Counted from the stretch's first letter, positions 41,031 through 53,807 are shown. The stretch: 64,000 bases of DNA from Eledone cirrhosa (GCA_964016885.1 OZ024752.1:24924001-24988000); one strand, 5' to 3'. Numbers and translations: made by a program. Notes: generated by a model not told the origin, from the letters alone.

Positions 41031-41860
41031 CGGCTTAATTCGGGATGTCTGTTTGTTTACAAACAAACCTAGCATTATAATAAATGTTCGGTAAATCCAT
41101 ACATACATATATATATGTGTGCATGTATGTATATATATACATACTACTGTACGTCTGTATACATATATGTAATAGATAGCTAATAAGCTTGAAACAAGTA
41201 CAGCGTTCCTTTGTCAGTGTTGAACAAAAGGGCAACGATAGTTGTTTCACACTGTACGGCTTAATTCGGGATGTTTGTTTACAAACAAACCGGGCATTAT
41301 AATAAATGTTCGGTAAATCCATACGTACATATATATATGTGTGCATGTATGTATATATATACATACTACTGTACGTCTGTATACATATATGTATGTACGT
41401 ATACATACTTATATTTAAGTAACAGCCATACTAAGAGTGAGAAATGAAATTTCGTTTCATTTTTTCCATTTATCGTTTTTGGTGCGCCCGGCCGATTAAC
41501 TCACTCGATATGCAAATTAGGCTGTTCAGCCGTTAATATGCATAAGGAAAGTATATACTTTCAGACGTTCAATCATCTGGCAGGAAGGTATACGGTGCTG
41601 ACGATAGCTAATAAGCTTGAAACTAGTACATCGTTCCTTTGTCAGTGTTGAACAAAAGGGCAACGATGGTTGCTAAATATTGTACGGCTTAATTCGGGAT
41701 GTTTGTTTGTTTACAAACAAACCGAGCATTATAATAAATGTTCGGTAAATCCATACGTACATATATATATGTGTGCATGTATATATACTACTGTACGCAT
41801 GTGTGCATGTATACATACTACTGTACGTCTGTATACATATATGTATGTACGTATACATAC
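41031..41860 (+). mobile_element. Retrozyme-like tandem array of a ~428-nt non-coding unit
   Basis: CGGCTTAATTCGGGATG recurs at 41031, 41257 and 41685; unit carries an HHR and many hairpins. Confidence 0.78.
41592..41634 (+). ncRNA. Minimal type I hammerhead ribozyme, palindromic stem III
   Basis: ACGGTG-CTGACGA-T-AGCT aata AGCT-T-GAAA-CTAG-TA-CATCGT; predicted cleavage after GUA at 41628. Confidence 0.85.
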
Positions 41861-41887
41861 CTATATATATATATATACATATATATA

Positions 41888-42805
41888 TTGTTATACTTTG
41901 GGAGGGTCATGTTGCCAATAAGAAACACACGCACCAGTTGCTTTCACTTCAATTTATTATAATAAATTTATACATTTAGGAATTTATAAATTTCTGGTTG
42001 GTTGGTTGGTTCCACAACCAGATAGTTGTTTATATATATTGTCAAAGTTCTTTCGTCACACATTCTGTGACCTCTTCAGTGACTGGGGATTCTTTTCTTT
42101 GTTGTTGTGCCTCTCCTTTGTTCTGTCCTATGCCATTTTGTTTCTGTGTGTGTGTTGTGTGCTCAGTCTGCGCATGCACCACATCCCGGTGTCTGTGTGT
42201 GTTTATATTTGTTTATTTATTTGTTTATTTACATGTTACCGGTTGGTTGTTTGTTCTATGTGTGTGTGTGTTTTCATTTTGTCCTGAATTGTAAGTTGTG
42301 ATGTTGCTGTTCCACTAATATTTTTTATTTAATTTTGGTTGTAATTCTTTTATGTTTAATGCCTCTGTGATTTGTCTAAACATTGCGTCTTTTCTGTGTG
42401 TAGATTCTATTTTTATTTCTATGTTCTCTAATTTACCCGTATGTTCTATTTTAGAATGTTGGTAGAGTACAGATGATTCTTTACTATCTTGAAGGTCTCG
42501 CCAGTGTTCATTTATCCGTTCCCCTACACTACGAGCTGTCTCACCTATGTACACTATATTTTTGTCTCTACATTTCCCTTCAGTACATCTTATGCTATAC
42601 ACTACATTTCTAGTTTTAAAGTCTCTACATTTCCCTTCAGTACATCTTATGCTATACACTACATTTCTAGTTTTACAGAATCCCCATGGGAGCTTATTTT
42701 ACAGGTTATACATTTCTTATCTATACAGGGGGGGTCTTTGGAAAGGGTATGTCTTGCTAATAAGTGTTTTTACGGAGGTACCTGGTCTTTCTACTATCTT
42801 AATAT
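41888..42805 (-). mobile_element. PLE-2 copy, 5'-truncated
   Basis: GIY-YIG ORF 42315-42659; pLTR with HHR at 42040-42084. Confidence 0.9.
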
Positions 42806-43360
42806 ACATATGTCGGTAGATATACTAATTCTTTATAATTATCTCCAAATTATTTGTTGAGCAAAATTTGCCGAAATTACTACTGTGATTAATAGTAGTG
42901 GCTAGGCTCTGTCTTAATAGCACCCCCACTCCTGGCTGATTAACCTCAGTGTCACGTGATTGATTCTTTTGAATTTGCCACTTGACCAAGTAGGCAGTGA
43001 ATTTTTCAATGTCTTGGAATCTAGCCCCGCTCGCTTTTTTCCATCCACTGAATTATTTTTATATAAGTTCCCAGTGTCCCCGCATTGCCTGGAAGCTTAG
43101 CTGAGAATAGACTCCCTGATGACGTAAAGCTTCTTTATGGATACACTCCGTAACCATATTTATCCCCTTACAGAAACTAATTAGTTGGAGTGAAATTTTA
43201 GTAAGTAAGTCAATTTTCATAACTTTCTTATTTACGTCTTTCATATAATTGTTCTGCATCCCCTTGCATAGAACCACAAAGTTACTAAGACAAAACATAT
43301 ATTTGCTAGCATAGGTATGCATCTGTATACATATGTCGGTAGATATACTAATTCTTTATA
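42803..43360 (+). mobile_element. Retrozyme-like element: 523-nt unit plus 35-bp terminal direct repeat
   Basis: TATACATATGTCGGTAGATATACTAATTCTTTATA at 42803-42837 and 43326-43360; no credible ORF; central HHR. Confidence 0.78.
43111..43191 (+). ncRNA. Type I hammerhead ribozyme, palindromic stem III
   Basis: ACTCC-CTGATGA-C-GTAA...GGATA...TATCC..TTAC-A-GAAAC-TAATTA-GTT-GGAGT; predicted cleavage after GUU at 43186. Confidence 0.8.
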
Positions 43361-43849
43361 TATCTATATATATATAAAGTATATATATATATGAAGTATA
43401 TATATATATATAAAGTATATATATATATATATATAAAGTATATATATATATAAATTATGTATATATATGTATAAAGTATATATATATATATAAAGTATAT
43501 ATATATATATTGCAAATGTTCTGCTCACAATTATTGCTGTATTTCTCATTTCGCTAGCTTCCACAACACATTTATTTTTTTACCCTCATTTTCTCTACCA
43601 TGTTGCCTCTCTATCTGTCTATTTTTCCATCAGATGCTACAGGCCATGACTTGGCTATTATTATTGTTGCTGTATTCAATTCTATCGGTTATTTTGCCAT
43701 GACGGCGACACTCTCTCTATCTCTCTCTCTATGAGGGCTATACCCTCTCTCTCTCCCTCTCTCTCTATGAGGGCTATACCCTCTCTCTCTCCCTCTCTCT
43801 ATCTATCTCTAGCCACATATTACCTCCCTTTCGCTCTCAGCCATTCCTT

Positions 43850-46800
43850 CCTCACTCATCTTGAAGTTCTTGAAGAGATAAGACACACTTGACTCTGAAA
43901 GGCTAAAATGAATCACTTAGAGCTGCTTAACAACGTTCCAGCCATCCATCCACACAAATCTTTCAGATATCCCTCTATTTCCCCAATTGCAAATGTTCTG
44001 CTCACAATTATTGCTATATTTTTCACTTCGCTAGCTTCCACAACTCATTTATTTTTTTACCCTCATTTTCTCTACCATGCTGTCTCTCTATCTGTCTATT
44101 TTGCCATCAGATGCTACAGGCCATGACTTGGCTACCTACCTCACAATTTTCCTCCCACCCATCCCCTCACACCACCATAGCCTATTCGACCAATCAAACC
44201 TCAGCATGCTCCCCCCCACACTACCAACCCCAACAAACCCTGCATTTCTACTACTACCTAACTCTCTCCTCCCCCGTCCCAGCCCAACACACGCTGCCAT
44301 TATTACCACCACCACTGTTCTTCTAGCCCTGAATTTTCCTACCATTATGTATGGATGAGCTGAGAATAAATTGGAGCAACTCTGAATTAATAGATGAAAA
44401 TGAATATGAATCCGCGAGCTACTAAGCACCCATGTGAAGCTCCAATTCAGAGACAGGAAGCACACACATACACACACACCTGCAAAAATCGACCCTTCCC
44501 TGCGAATGTCGACAAATGCCAAAACTCCGAGTTGGTACCATCAATGTAAGCACAATGAAAGGAAGAGCAGGAGAAATCGTAGAGATGCTAGAGCGAAAGG
44601 AAATTGATGTTTGCTGTGTGCAAGAGACTAGATGGAGAGGAGAGTCTGTTAGAGTCCTTGTAGGAAAAAGTCAGTGCTACAAATTTTTCTGGGTGGGAAA
44701 TGACGATGGGATGGGTGGTGTAGGTATACTACTCGCTGACAAATGGGTAGATAAAGTAATCTCAGTGTACAGGATAAATGCAAGAATCATTAAACTCAGA
44801 CTAACCTGAATAAAACAATTACCACAATAATATCAGCTTACGCACCCCAATCGGGGTTGCCAGACGAACTTAAGGATAGGTTTTACGAGTCCCTAATGCA
44901 CATTACTGCTCTAACAAACGACAATCACTTCTTAATCATCGCAGGAGATTTTAACGGACACATAGGTAATCACTGTGGCGGCTTCAATAGAGTCCATGGA
45001 GGCCATTGGGTTGGCACAAGAAATGAAGGATTCAGACTTCTAGAATTCCGCGACGCAAATGACATGTCGATATGTAACACAAACTTCAAAAGACTACACA
45101 ACCACCTGATCACCTATAGATCAGGGGTGCATTCTAGACAGATAGATTTTATCCTCATCAGAGGACCCTCACGGTCAGAACTAGACGAACCTGGAAACAG
45201 AGGCCAACCTGGAGAAGAAAGATCTGGAAGCTGAAAGACCCCTCAGCTAGTAACAGATTTAAAGATATTTTACTCAACGCCTGCGACAGTCAAGAAGGAC
45301 AGATAGAGACATTCAATGTAGAAGAACACTGGGAGTTCCTAAAAAATAACTTACTAGAGGCGACGGATGAGATCTGTGGCTGGAGTAAGACCACAAGCAG
45401 GAGGAGAGTGACTTGGTGGTAGAACAATAAGGTAGATGAGGCAGTTAAGGCCAAGAGACAGGCATGGAAAGAATGGAAGAACGGGGGAAGCAGGGTACAT
45501 TACATAGAGACCAAGAGGGAAGCTAGGCGACAAGTATACTGAGCTAGGAGGGAAGCAGAGGATAGGAAATTCAAGCATGTTTTGCAACGTGAGGACCAGA
45601 AACAGGAGGTATTCAAGATTGCGAGGCAGTGTGTAAGAGAGAATTGTGATGTCATTGGAGAGAAGTGTATCCGGAATGATAAAGGTGAGCTTGCCCTCAC
45701 AAGTGCTGAGAAGAAAGATGCATGGAAGAGCCATTATGATAGATTACTAAATGAGGAGAATGCATGGGAAGAAGAGACCCTACCCCAAGTAGACCCTATA
45801 GGGGGGCCAGCAGTACAAGTCAGCAACAGCGTAATAAGTAAGACAATCAAAGATATGAAGATGGGGAAGGCAACCGGTCCATCGGGTATAGCTGCCGAGA
45901 GGCTGAAGGCATCTGGGTCTGTAGGTCACACTATAACCACACGTATTGTTAACCAGGTAATACTAGAAGGTGTCATACCAAACGATTGGTGCAGTAGCAT
46001 CATTGTCAACTGCTACAAAGGTAAAGGTGATGCACTAGATAGAGGAAACTATAGAGGTATAAAGCTGTTGGACCAGGTCATGAAAGTAACAGAAAGAGTT
46101 ATACCACAGTTGATTAGGGACCGGGTGAAACTAGATTAGATGCAATTTGGGTTTGTACCAGGAAGAGGCACCACTGATGCCCTCTTCCTTGTGAGGCAGT
46201 TACAGGAAAAGTACCTAGATAAAAGTAAGCCACTCTACCTGGCATTCGTCGATCTCGAGAAAGCCTTTGACAGAGTTCCACGTGCTATAATCTGGTGGGC
46301 TCTTAGAAAACTAGAAGTAGACGAATGGCTTGTGAAAGCTGTACAAGCCATGTATAGGGGAACAGTCAGCAAAGTTAGGATTAGCAATGAGTATAGCGAG
46401 GAATTTAGCGTACAGGTTGGTGTCCACCAGGGCTCTGTTCTTAGCCCTCTCCTGTTCATCATAGTCCTGCAGGCAATAACGGAGGAGTTTAAGACCGGAT
46501 GCCCATGGGAACTCCTGTATGCAGATGACCTCGCACTTATAGCTGAATCTATGGTAGAACTAGAGAAGAAATTCCAAACTTGGAAGCAGGGACTAGAAAG
46601 AAAGGGTCTCAAAGTCAACATGACAAAGACTGAGGTCCTTGTAAGTAGACGAGAAAACAGAACTCAGATCCCCCTCAGGGAAATGGCCTTGCTCAGTATG
46701 TAGGAAAGGGGTAGGTTGGAACTCCATTCTCTGCCTCAAATACAAACAATGGGTACACAAGAGATGTAGCGGGATCTCAGGAAGCTTAATTAAGAATGTA

Positions 46801-47756
46801 GGCTTCACATGTAGCAGCTGTGGTGGGACAGCAAGCAGCAAATAGCCACAGGAAACAAGTACCACCAATCTCTTGGAGGGCTCTGTATAAACAGTAGACA
46901 GCTTCTGCTATCTAGGTGACCGAATTAGCAGCGGAGGTGGGTTTTCAGAAAGTACAATAACTACGGTAAGAACGGGATGGAAGAAGTTCAGGGAACTACT
47001 GCCATTGCTAGCTGCAAAAGGCTTCTCTCTCAAAATGAAAGGCAGACTGTATGATAGGTGTATCCGAACAGCAATGTTACATGGTAGTGAGACCTGGGCG
47101 CTGAAGGTGGAAGACTTACGTAGATTAGAAAGAAACGAAGCCTGCATGCTCCGATGGATGTGTAATAGTAATATACGCGAACCGCAAAGCATAAATCAAT
47201 TGAGAGAGAGACTGAGAATAAGAGGAATCAAATGCTGTGTGCAGGAGAGGCGGTTGCGTTGGTATGGACATGTGATGCGTATGAAGGATGACAGCTGCAT
47301 AAAAAGGTGCAGAGCACTAGAAGTCAATGGAAACCGCGGAGTGGGGAGACCCAAGAAGACCTGGGATGAGATGATAAAAGCCGACCCTACCCAATTACAC
47401 CTCTCAAAGGCGATGACACACCACACGACCGTGACTTCTGGCGTCACGCAGTAATACAGAGTACCTGACCTCCCATATAGACAATATGCCCCCACACCCT
47501 CCCACTGCAAAGTGGTCGTGGAGGTGCCACGTCAAAAAAAGCACCTAGCCCACACTGTAAAGTGGACGTGTAGGCGCCACGGAAAAAAGCACCCAGCACT
47601 CACTGTAAATGAGGTTGGTGTTAGAAATCAAGCCAAAATCAGTTCCTGTATGAGCAAGGCATGGTTAGCCGACCAGACACTGCCCACAACAGGACAACCC
47701 ATCTAACCCATGCTACCATGGAATAACGGACGTAAAACGGTGATGATGATGATGAT
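43850..47756 (+). mobile_element. Near full-length RTE LINE (APE endonuclease and RT), disrupted
   Basis: LRVGTINV, CCVQETRW, SAYAPQ, AGDFNGH and QIDFIL endonuclease motifs; YADD RT; (GAT)n tail; 5' boundary approximate. Confidence 0.92.
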
Positions 47757-47838
47757 ATAACGTATATATATATAGAAAAATGTATGACCCTGACGGCAGA
47801 GCTCAAGCCGTTCCAACGGCTATTTCTGGACAATTTGG

Positions 47839-47875
<37 letters not shown>

Positions 47876-47923
47876 TGAGACTATATACATACATAAAATA
47901 TATATATAGTTTATATATATATA

Positions 47924-48995
47924 TTGTTATACTTTGGGAGGGTCATGTTGCCAATAAGAAACACACGCACCAGTTGCTTTCACTTCAATTTATTATATAT
48001 TTATAAATTTATAAATTTCTGGTTCGTTGGTTGGTTCCACAACCAGATAGTTGTTTATATATAGTCATAGTTCTTTCGTCACACATTCTGTGACCTCTTC
48101 AGTGACTGGGGATTCTTTTCTTTGTTGTTGTGCCTCTCCTTTGTTCTGTCCTACGCCATTTTGTTTCTGTGTGTGTGTTGTGTGCTCAGTCTGCGCATGC
48201 GCCACATCCGGGTGTCTGTGTGTGTTTATGTTTATTTATTTATTTGTTTATTTACATGTTACTGGTTGGTTGTTTGTTCTATGTGTGTGTGTGTTTTCAT
48301 TTTGTCCTTAATTGTAAGTTGTGATGTTGCTGTTCCACTCATACTTTCTATTTAATTTTGGTTGTAATTCTTTTATGTTTATTGCCTCTGTAATTTGTCT
48401 AAACATTGCGTCTTTTCTGTGTGTAGATTCTATTTTTATTTCTATGTTCTCTAATTTACCCTTGCGTTCTATCTTAGCATGTTGGTAGAGTACAGATGAT
48501 TCTTTATTATCTTGAAGGTCTCGCCAGTGTTCATTTATCCGTTCCCCTACACTACGAGCTGTCTCACCTATGTACACTATATTTTTGTCTCTACATTGTC
48601 CTTCAGTACATCTTATGCTATACACTACATTTCTAGTTTAACAGTTAATATGGGGGCTTATTTTACAGGTTATACATTTCTTATCTATACATGAGGGTCT
48701 TTGAAAAGGGTATGTCTTGCTAATAAGTGTTTTTACGGAGGTACCTGGTCTTTCTACTATCTTAATATTGAGTTTATGTTTATTTAAGGCCCTTCTAAGT
48801 TTGTAAGCTAATTCACCTCTAGGGGTTGTATTGATGAACATTACACTCTGGTATTTATTGCTATCATACCATGAGTTTATTCTATTAGCCTTGTTCCTAG
48901 TTCTTTCTATTCTATTCCAAAATTTGCTCCTATACAAGGGGCAGGTCCCATTTATGTCATTATTTACCATTTTTTCCCATTTGGTTCTGGCTCCT
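47924..48995 (-). mobile_element. PLE-2 copy, 5'-truncated, in (TA)n
   Basis: ORFs 48638-49207 (part) and 48308-48625; pLTR HHR at 48063-48107. Confidence 0.9.
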
Positions 48996-49326
48996 ATATA
49001 TATATACTTTATATATAAATACAATATATGAATGGACACACACATGTATATATAGAGATGTGTATATATAGATGTATTCATGTATATATACATACGTACA
49101 TTATACATAATTGACAAGATATTACCCCTCCACATCTGATATATACACTCATAATATAAGAATACGGATAGGCTATGTAGCCGGTAAAACCAAAAGGTGT
49201 GCAACACACATATTGATATAGTGTTTCACCAGCTCTTCCTCAATCATACATAGATGTGAGTGTGTATAATAAGTGAGTGTATATAATAATTATTTTGTAT
49301 AATGTGTTTATTTATAAATATGTATG

Positions 49327-52300
49327 AGTAGATGTGTATATAACTCAGTAGATGTGTATATAACTGAGTAGATGTGTGTGTAACTCAGAAAATGTGTGTG
49401 TAACTCAGTAGATGTGTGTATAACTCAGTAGATGTGTGTGTATCTCCGTAAATAAGTGTGTAACTCAGTAGATATGTATAACTCAGTAGATGTGTGTGTA
49501 ACTCAGTAGCATGTGTAACTCAGTAGACGTGTGTGTTACTCAGTAGATATGTATATAACTCGGTAGATGTGTGTATAACTCAATAGATGTGTATAACTCA
49601 GTAGATGTGTGTGTAACTCAGTAGTGTGTGTAACTCAGTAGATGTGTGTGCAACTCAGTAGATCGTGTGTAACTCAGTAGATGTGTGTGTAACTCAGTAG
49701 ATGTATGTGTAACTCAGAAGATGTGTCTATAACTAAGTAAATACGTGTATAACTCAGTAGCTGTGTGTGTAACTCTGTAGATGTGTGTGTAACTCAATAG
49801 ATGTGTATATAACTCAGTAGATGTGTGTGTAACTCAGTAGATGTGTATATAACTCGGCAGATGTGTATGTAACTCACTAGTGTGAGTAACTCACTAGCTG
49901 TGTGTGTAACTCAGTAGATGTGTGTAACTCGGAAGATGTGTGTATATCTCAGTAGCTGTGTGTGTATGTCAGTAGATACGTGTGTATCTCAAAAGATACG
50001 TGTGTAACTCAGTAGATATGTATATAACTCAGTAGGTGTGTGTATAACTCAGTAGATGTGTGTGTGACTCAGTAGATATGTATATAACTCGTTAGATGTG
50101 TGTGTAACTCAGTAGATGTGAATAACTCAGTAGATGGGTGTGTAACTCAGTAGATGTGTGTGTAACTCAGTAGATCGTGTGTAACTCAGTAGATGTGTGT
50201 GTAACTCAGTAGATGTATGTGTAACTCAGAAGATGTGTGTGTAACTCAGTAGATGTCTGTATAACTCAGTAGATGTGTGTGTAATCAGTAGATGTGTATA
50301 CAACTCAGTAGATGTGTGTGTAACTCAGTAGATGTGTATACAACTCAGTAGATGTGTGTGTAACTCAGTAGATGTGTATATAACTCGGTAGATGTGTATT
50401 TAACTCATTAGTGTGTGTAACTCAGTAGCTGTGTGTGTAACTCAGTAGATGTGTCTGTAACTCAGTAGATGTGCGTGTAACTAAGTAGATATGTGTGTAA
50501 CTCAGTAGATGTGTGTGTAATTAAATAGATATTTGTATAACTCAGTATATGTTTGTGTATCTCAGTAGATACGTGTGTAACTCAGTAGATATGTGTGTGT
50601 AACTCAGTAGTTGTGGGTATAACTCAGTAGATGTGTGTGTAACTCAGTAGATATGTGTATAACTCAGTAGGAGTGTGTGTAACTCAGTTGATATATGTGT
50701 AACTCAGTAGGTGTGTGTGTAACTCAGTAGATGTGTGTGTAACTCATTAGATGTGTGTGTGTAACTCAGTAGAGGTGTGTAACTCAGTAGGTGTGTGTAT
50801 AACTCAATAGATGTGTGTGTATAACTCAGTAGATGTGTTTGTAACTCAGTAGATGTGTGTAACTCAGTTGATATGTGTAACTCATAAGATGTGTGTATAT
50901 CTCAGTAGCTGTGTGTGTATATCTCAGTAGATACGTGTGTATCTCAGTAAATACGTGTGTAACTCTGTAGATATGTATATAACTCAGTAGGTGTGTGCGT
51001 AATTCAGTAGATGTATGTGTAACTCAGAAGATGTGTGTGTAACTCAGTCGATGTGTGTGTAACTCAGTAGATATTAGTATAACTCAGTAGATGTGTATAT
51101 GACTCACTAGATCTGTGTGTAACTCAGAAGATGTGTGTGTAACTCAGTAGATGTGTATGTAACTCAGTAGAATATGTGTGTAACTCTGTAGATGTGTGTG
51201 TAAATTAGTAGATGTGTGGATAACTCAGTAGATGTGTGTGTAACTCAGTAGATGCCTGTGTAACTCAGTAGATGTGTGTATAACTCAGTAGCTGTGTGTG
51301 TAACTTAGTAGATGTGTGTGTAACTCAGTAGATGTGTGTATAACTCAGTAGGTGTGTGTGTAACTCTGTAGATGTGTGTATAACTCAGTAGTTGTGTGTG
51401 TAACTAAGTAGATGTGTGTACCTCAGTAGATGTGTGTAACTCAGTAGATGTGTGTAACTCAGAAGATGTGTGTATAACTCAGTAACTGTGTGTGTAACTT
51501 AGTAGATGTGTGTGTAACTCAGTAGATGTGTGTATAACTCAGTAGATGTGTGTGTAACTCAGTAGATGTGTGTTTAACTCAGTAGATGCGTGTGTAACTT
51601 AGTAGATATATGTGTAACTCAGAAGATGTGAGTATAACTCATTAGATGTGTATATATCTCAGTAGATCTGTGTGTAACTCAGAAGATGTGTGTGTAACTC
51701 AGTAGATGTGTATGTAACTCAGAAGATGTGTGTGTAGCTCAGTAGATGTGTGTATAACTCACTAGATGTGTGTGTAACTCTGTAGTGTGTAACTCAGTAG
51801 ATGTGTGTGTAACTCAGTAGATGTGTGTGTAACTCAGTAAATGTGTGTGTAACTCAGTAGTGTGTATGTAACTCAGTAGATCTGTGTATAACTCAGTAGC
51901 TGTATGTGTAAATCAGTAGATGTGTGTGTAACACAGTAGATGTGTGTGTAACTTAGTAGATGTGTGAGTAACTCAGTAGATGTTTGTATAACTCAGTAGA
52001 TGTGTATATAACTGAGTAGATCTGTATGTAACTCAGTAGATGTGTGTATAACTCACTAGATGTGTGTGTAACTCTATAGTGTGTGTAACTCGGGAGATGT
52101 ATGTGTAACTCAGTAGATGTGTGTGTAACTCAGTAGTGTGTATGTAACTCAGTAGATCTGTGTATAACTCAGTAGCTGTGTGTGTAAATCAGTAGATGTG
52201 TGTGTAACACAGTAGATGTCTGTGTAACTTAGTAGATGTGTGAGTAACTCAGTAGATGTGTGTGAAACTCAGTAGATCTGTATGTAACTCAGTAGATGTG

Positions 52301-52445
52301 TGTATAACTCAGTAGATGTGTGTGTAACTCAGTAGATGTGTGTGTAAATCAGTAGCTGTGTGTGTAACTCAGTAGATGTGTGTATAACTCATTAGATGTG
52401 TATATAACTCAGTAGATCTGTGTGTAACTCAGTAGATGTGTGTGT
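49327..52445. repeat. 20-bp minisatellite (AACTCAGTAGATGTGTGTGT)n, roughly 155 units
   Basis: Visible directly; unit count estimated from length divided by 20. Confidence 0.97.
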
Positions 52446-52469
52446 ATATATATATATACATATATATAC

Positions 52470-52502
<33 letters not shown>

Positions 52503-53177
52503 CATATATAAATACATTATCGGAGAAATCTAATAGCGATACTCCGGCCAAATCCCAACTCACTCAACAAACATTAGGAAATAAGTGAGTATATTCCTAA
52601 TTAATTTTCGGGGTGCTAACTAATTGTATTGTGTGGAAAACTGGCTGTATTATTTCATATGAGATATATCAAATATATCTCCTCCAGACGGACGTCTCGT
52701 TTCATTATAAGATTCCTACAAGTTAGGTGAAATTATACCAATTTATGTAGAAGCTTGTATAAGATCAACAGATACTTATTCAAGTGGGCTCTTATAATTA
52801 TTCAGTGGGTGCCCAATAACATTAATATTGATAGTCAAATCAACATCAATATTTAGCGATAATCACCATCAGTGCTTGAGGTAGCTGTTAGGTTGCTAGC
52901 CCAGCAGTTCTAAAGAAATTCTCATACTGTCTCAAAAAAAGAGGAAGGAGAATTCCCGCCAAAAAACAATACATGCGCAGGACAATGAATTCCAAAAGGA
53001 ATTTAAGCCACGTGCTAGAACTCAATTGGAATTTGAAAAAATACCCATATGTGTACATCATTTGATGACACACATAGATATTTTCTCGGGCAAAATAACA
53101 TATACATATATATATCCATATATATATATACATATATTTATATATATATATACATATATATACATATATATATATAC

Positions 53178-53222
<45 letters not shown>

Positions 53223-53224
<2 letters not shown>

Positions 53225-53807
53225 AAATACAATATGTTGAAAAGGTAACACACTAGAGAGAGATAGTGTGCCATCAATAAAACAGGGAAAAACCACCAGT
53301 GTATGGAATCTATAACCTATGAAAGGAAGGGTAGACACACGATAATTAAAAATATGAATTAAAATGTATATACACACCTCTATAATTATATAACACACAC
53401 GTACAAATCCAAAGAGATCTGTTTCGCCAATAAGTTGTTGACAGAAATGAAATAGCCTATGGGTCATCAGCATGTGCAAGACTATACATTTCAGACAACT
53501 CTAAAAGAATTTAAGGTGACCGTCCAGCTACACGTTAGAGAGAGATCTCACAGCATGTTTAGGGCAGTGAAACAGTGGCTTCTGAGGGATGAGCTGCTAG
53601 AAAGGGCAGCCCAAACCACTCAGAGAAGTGTGCTCAACCAAACAGAGAGAGAGGAAAGACTGTTATAAGGAGCGAAATATCACGATAAATTAACGGAGCC
53701 ATAGACTCTCGCTATTCCCTGTCAATAATGTGCTCGAAGGAGAAGGAATCCTGAGCTCTTTAAAATACAATATGTTTTAAAAGGTAACACACTAGAGAGA
53801 GATAGTG
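53223..53807 (-). mobile_element. Retrozyme-like element: 538-nt unit plus ~46-bp terminal direct repeat, in (TA)n
   Basis: TAAAATACAATATGTT..AAAAGGTAACACACTAGAGAGAGATAGTG at 53223-53268 and 53761-53807; HHR on - strand. Confidence 0.8.
53395..53477 (-). ncRNA. Type I hammerhead ribozyme with full-length stem III
   Basis: GCACATG-CTGATGA-CCCATAGG...CTTATTGGC-GAAAC-AGATCT cttt GGATTT-GTA-CGTGTGT; 7-bp stem I and 8-bp stem III using G-U pairs. Confidence 0.85.

Noticed and set aside
43850-44510. HDV-like ribozyme in the RTE 5' UTR
   Set aside because: Expected for some RTE elements, but I could not identify the nested double pseudoknot by eye
49327-52445. CRISPR-like regular array
   Set aside because: Head-to-tail 20-bp units with no unique spacers, no cas genes and a eukaryotic context; it is a minisatellite
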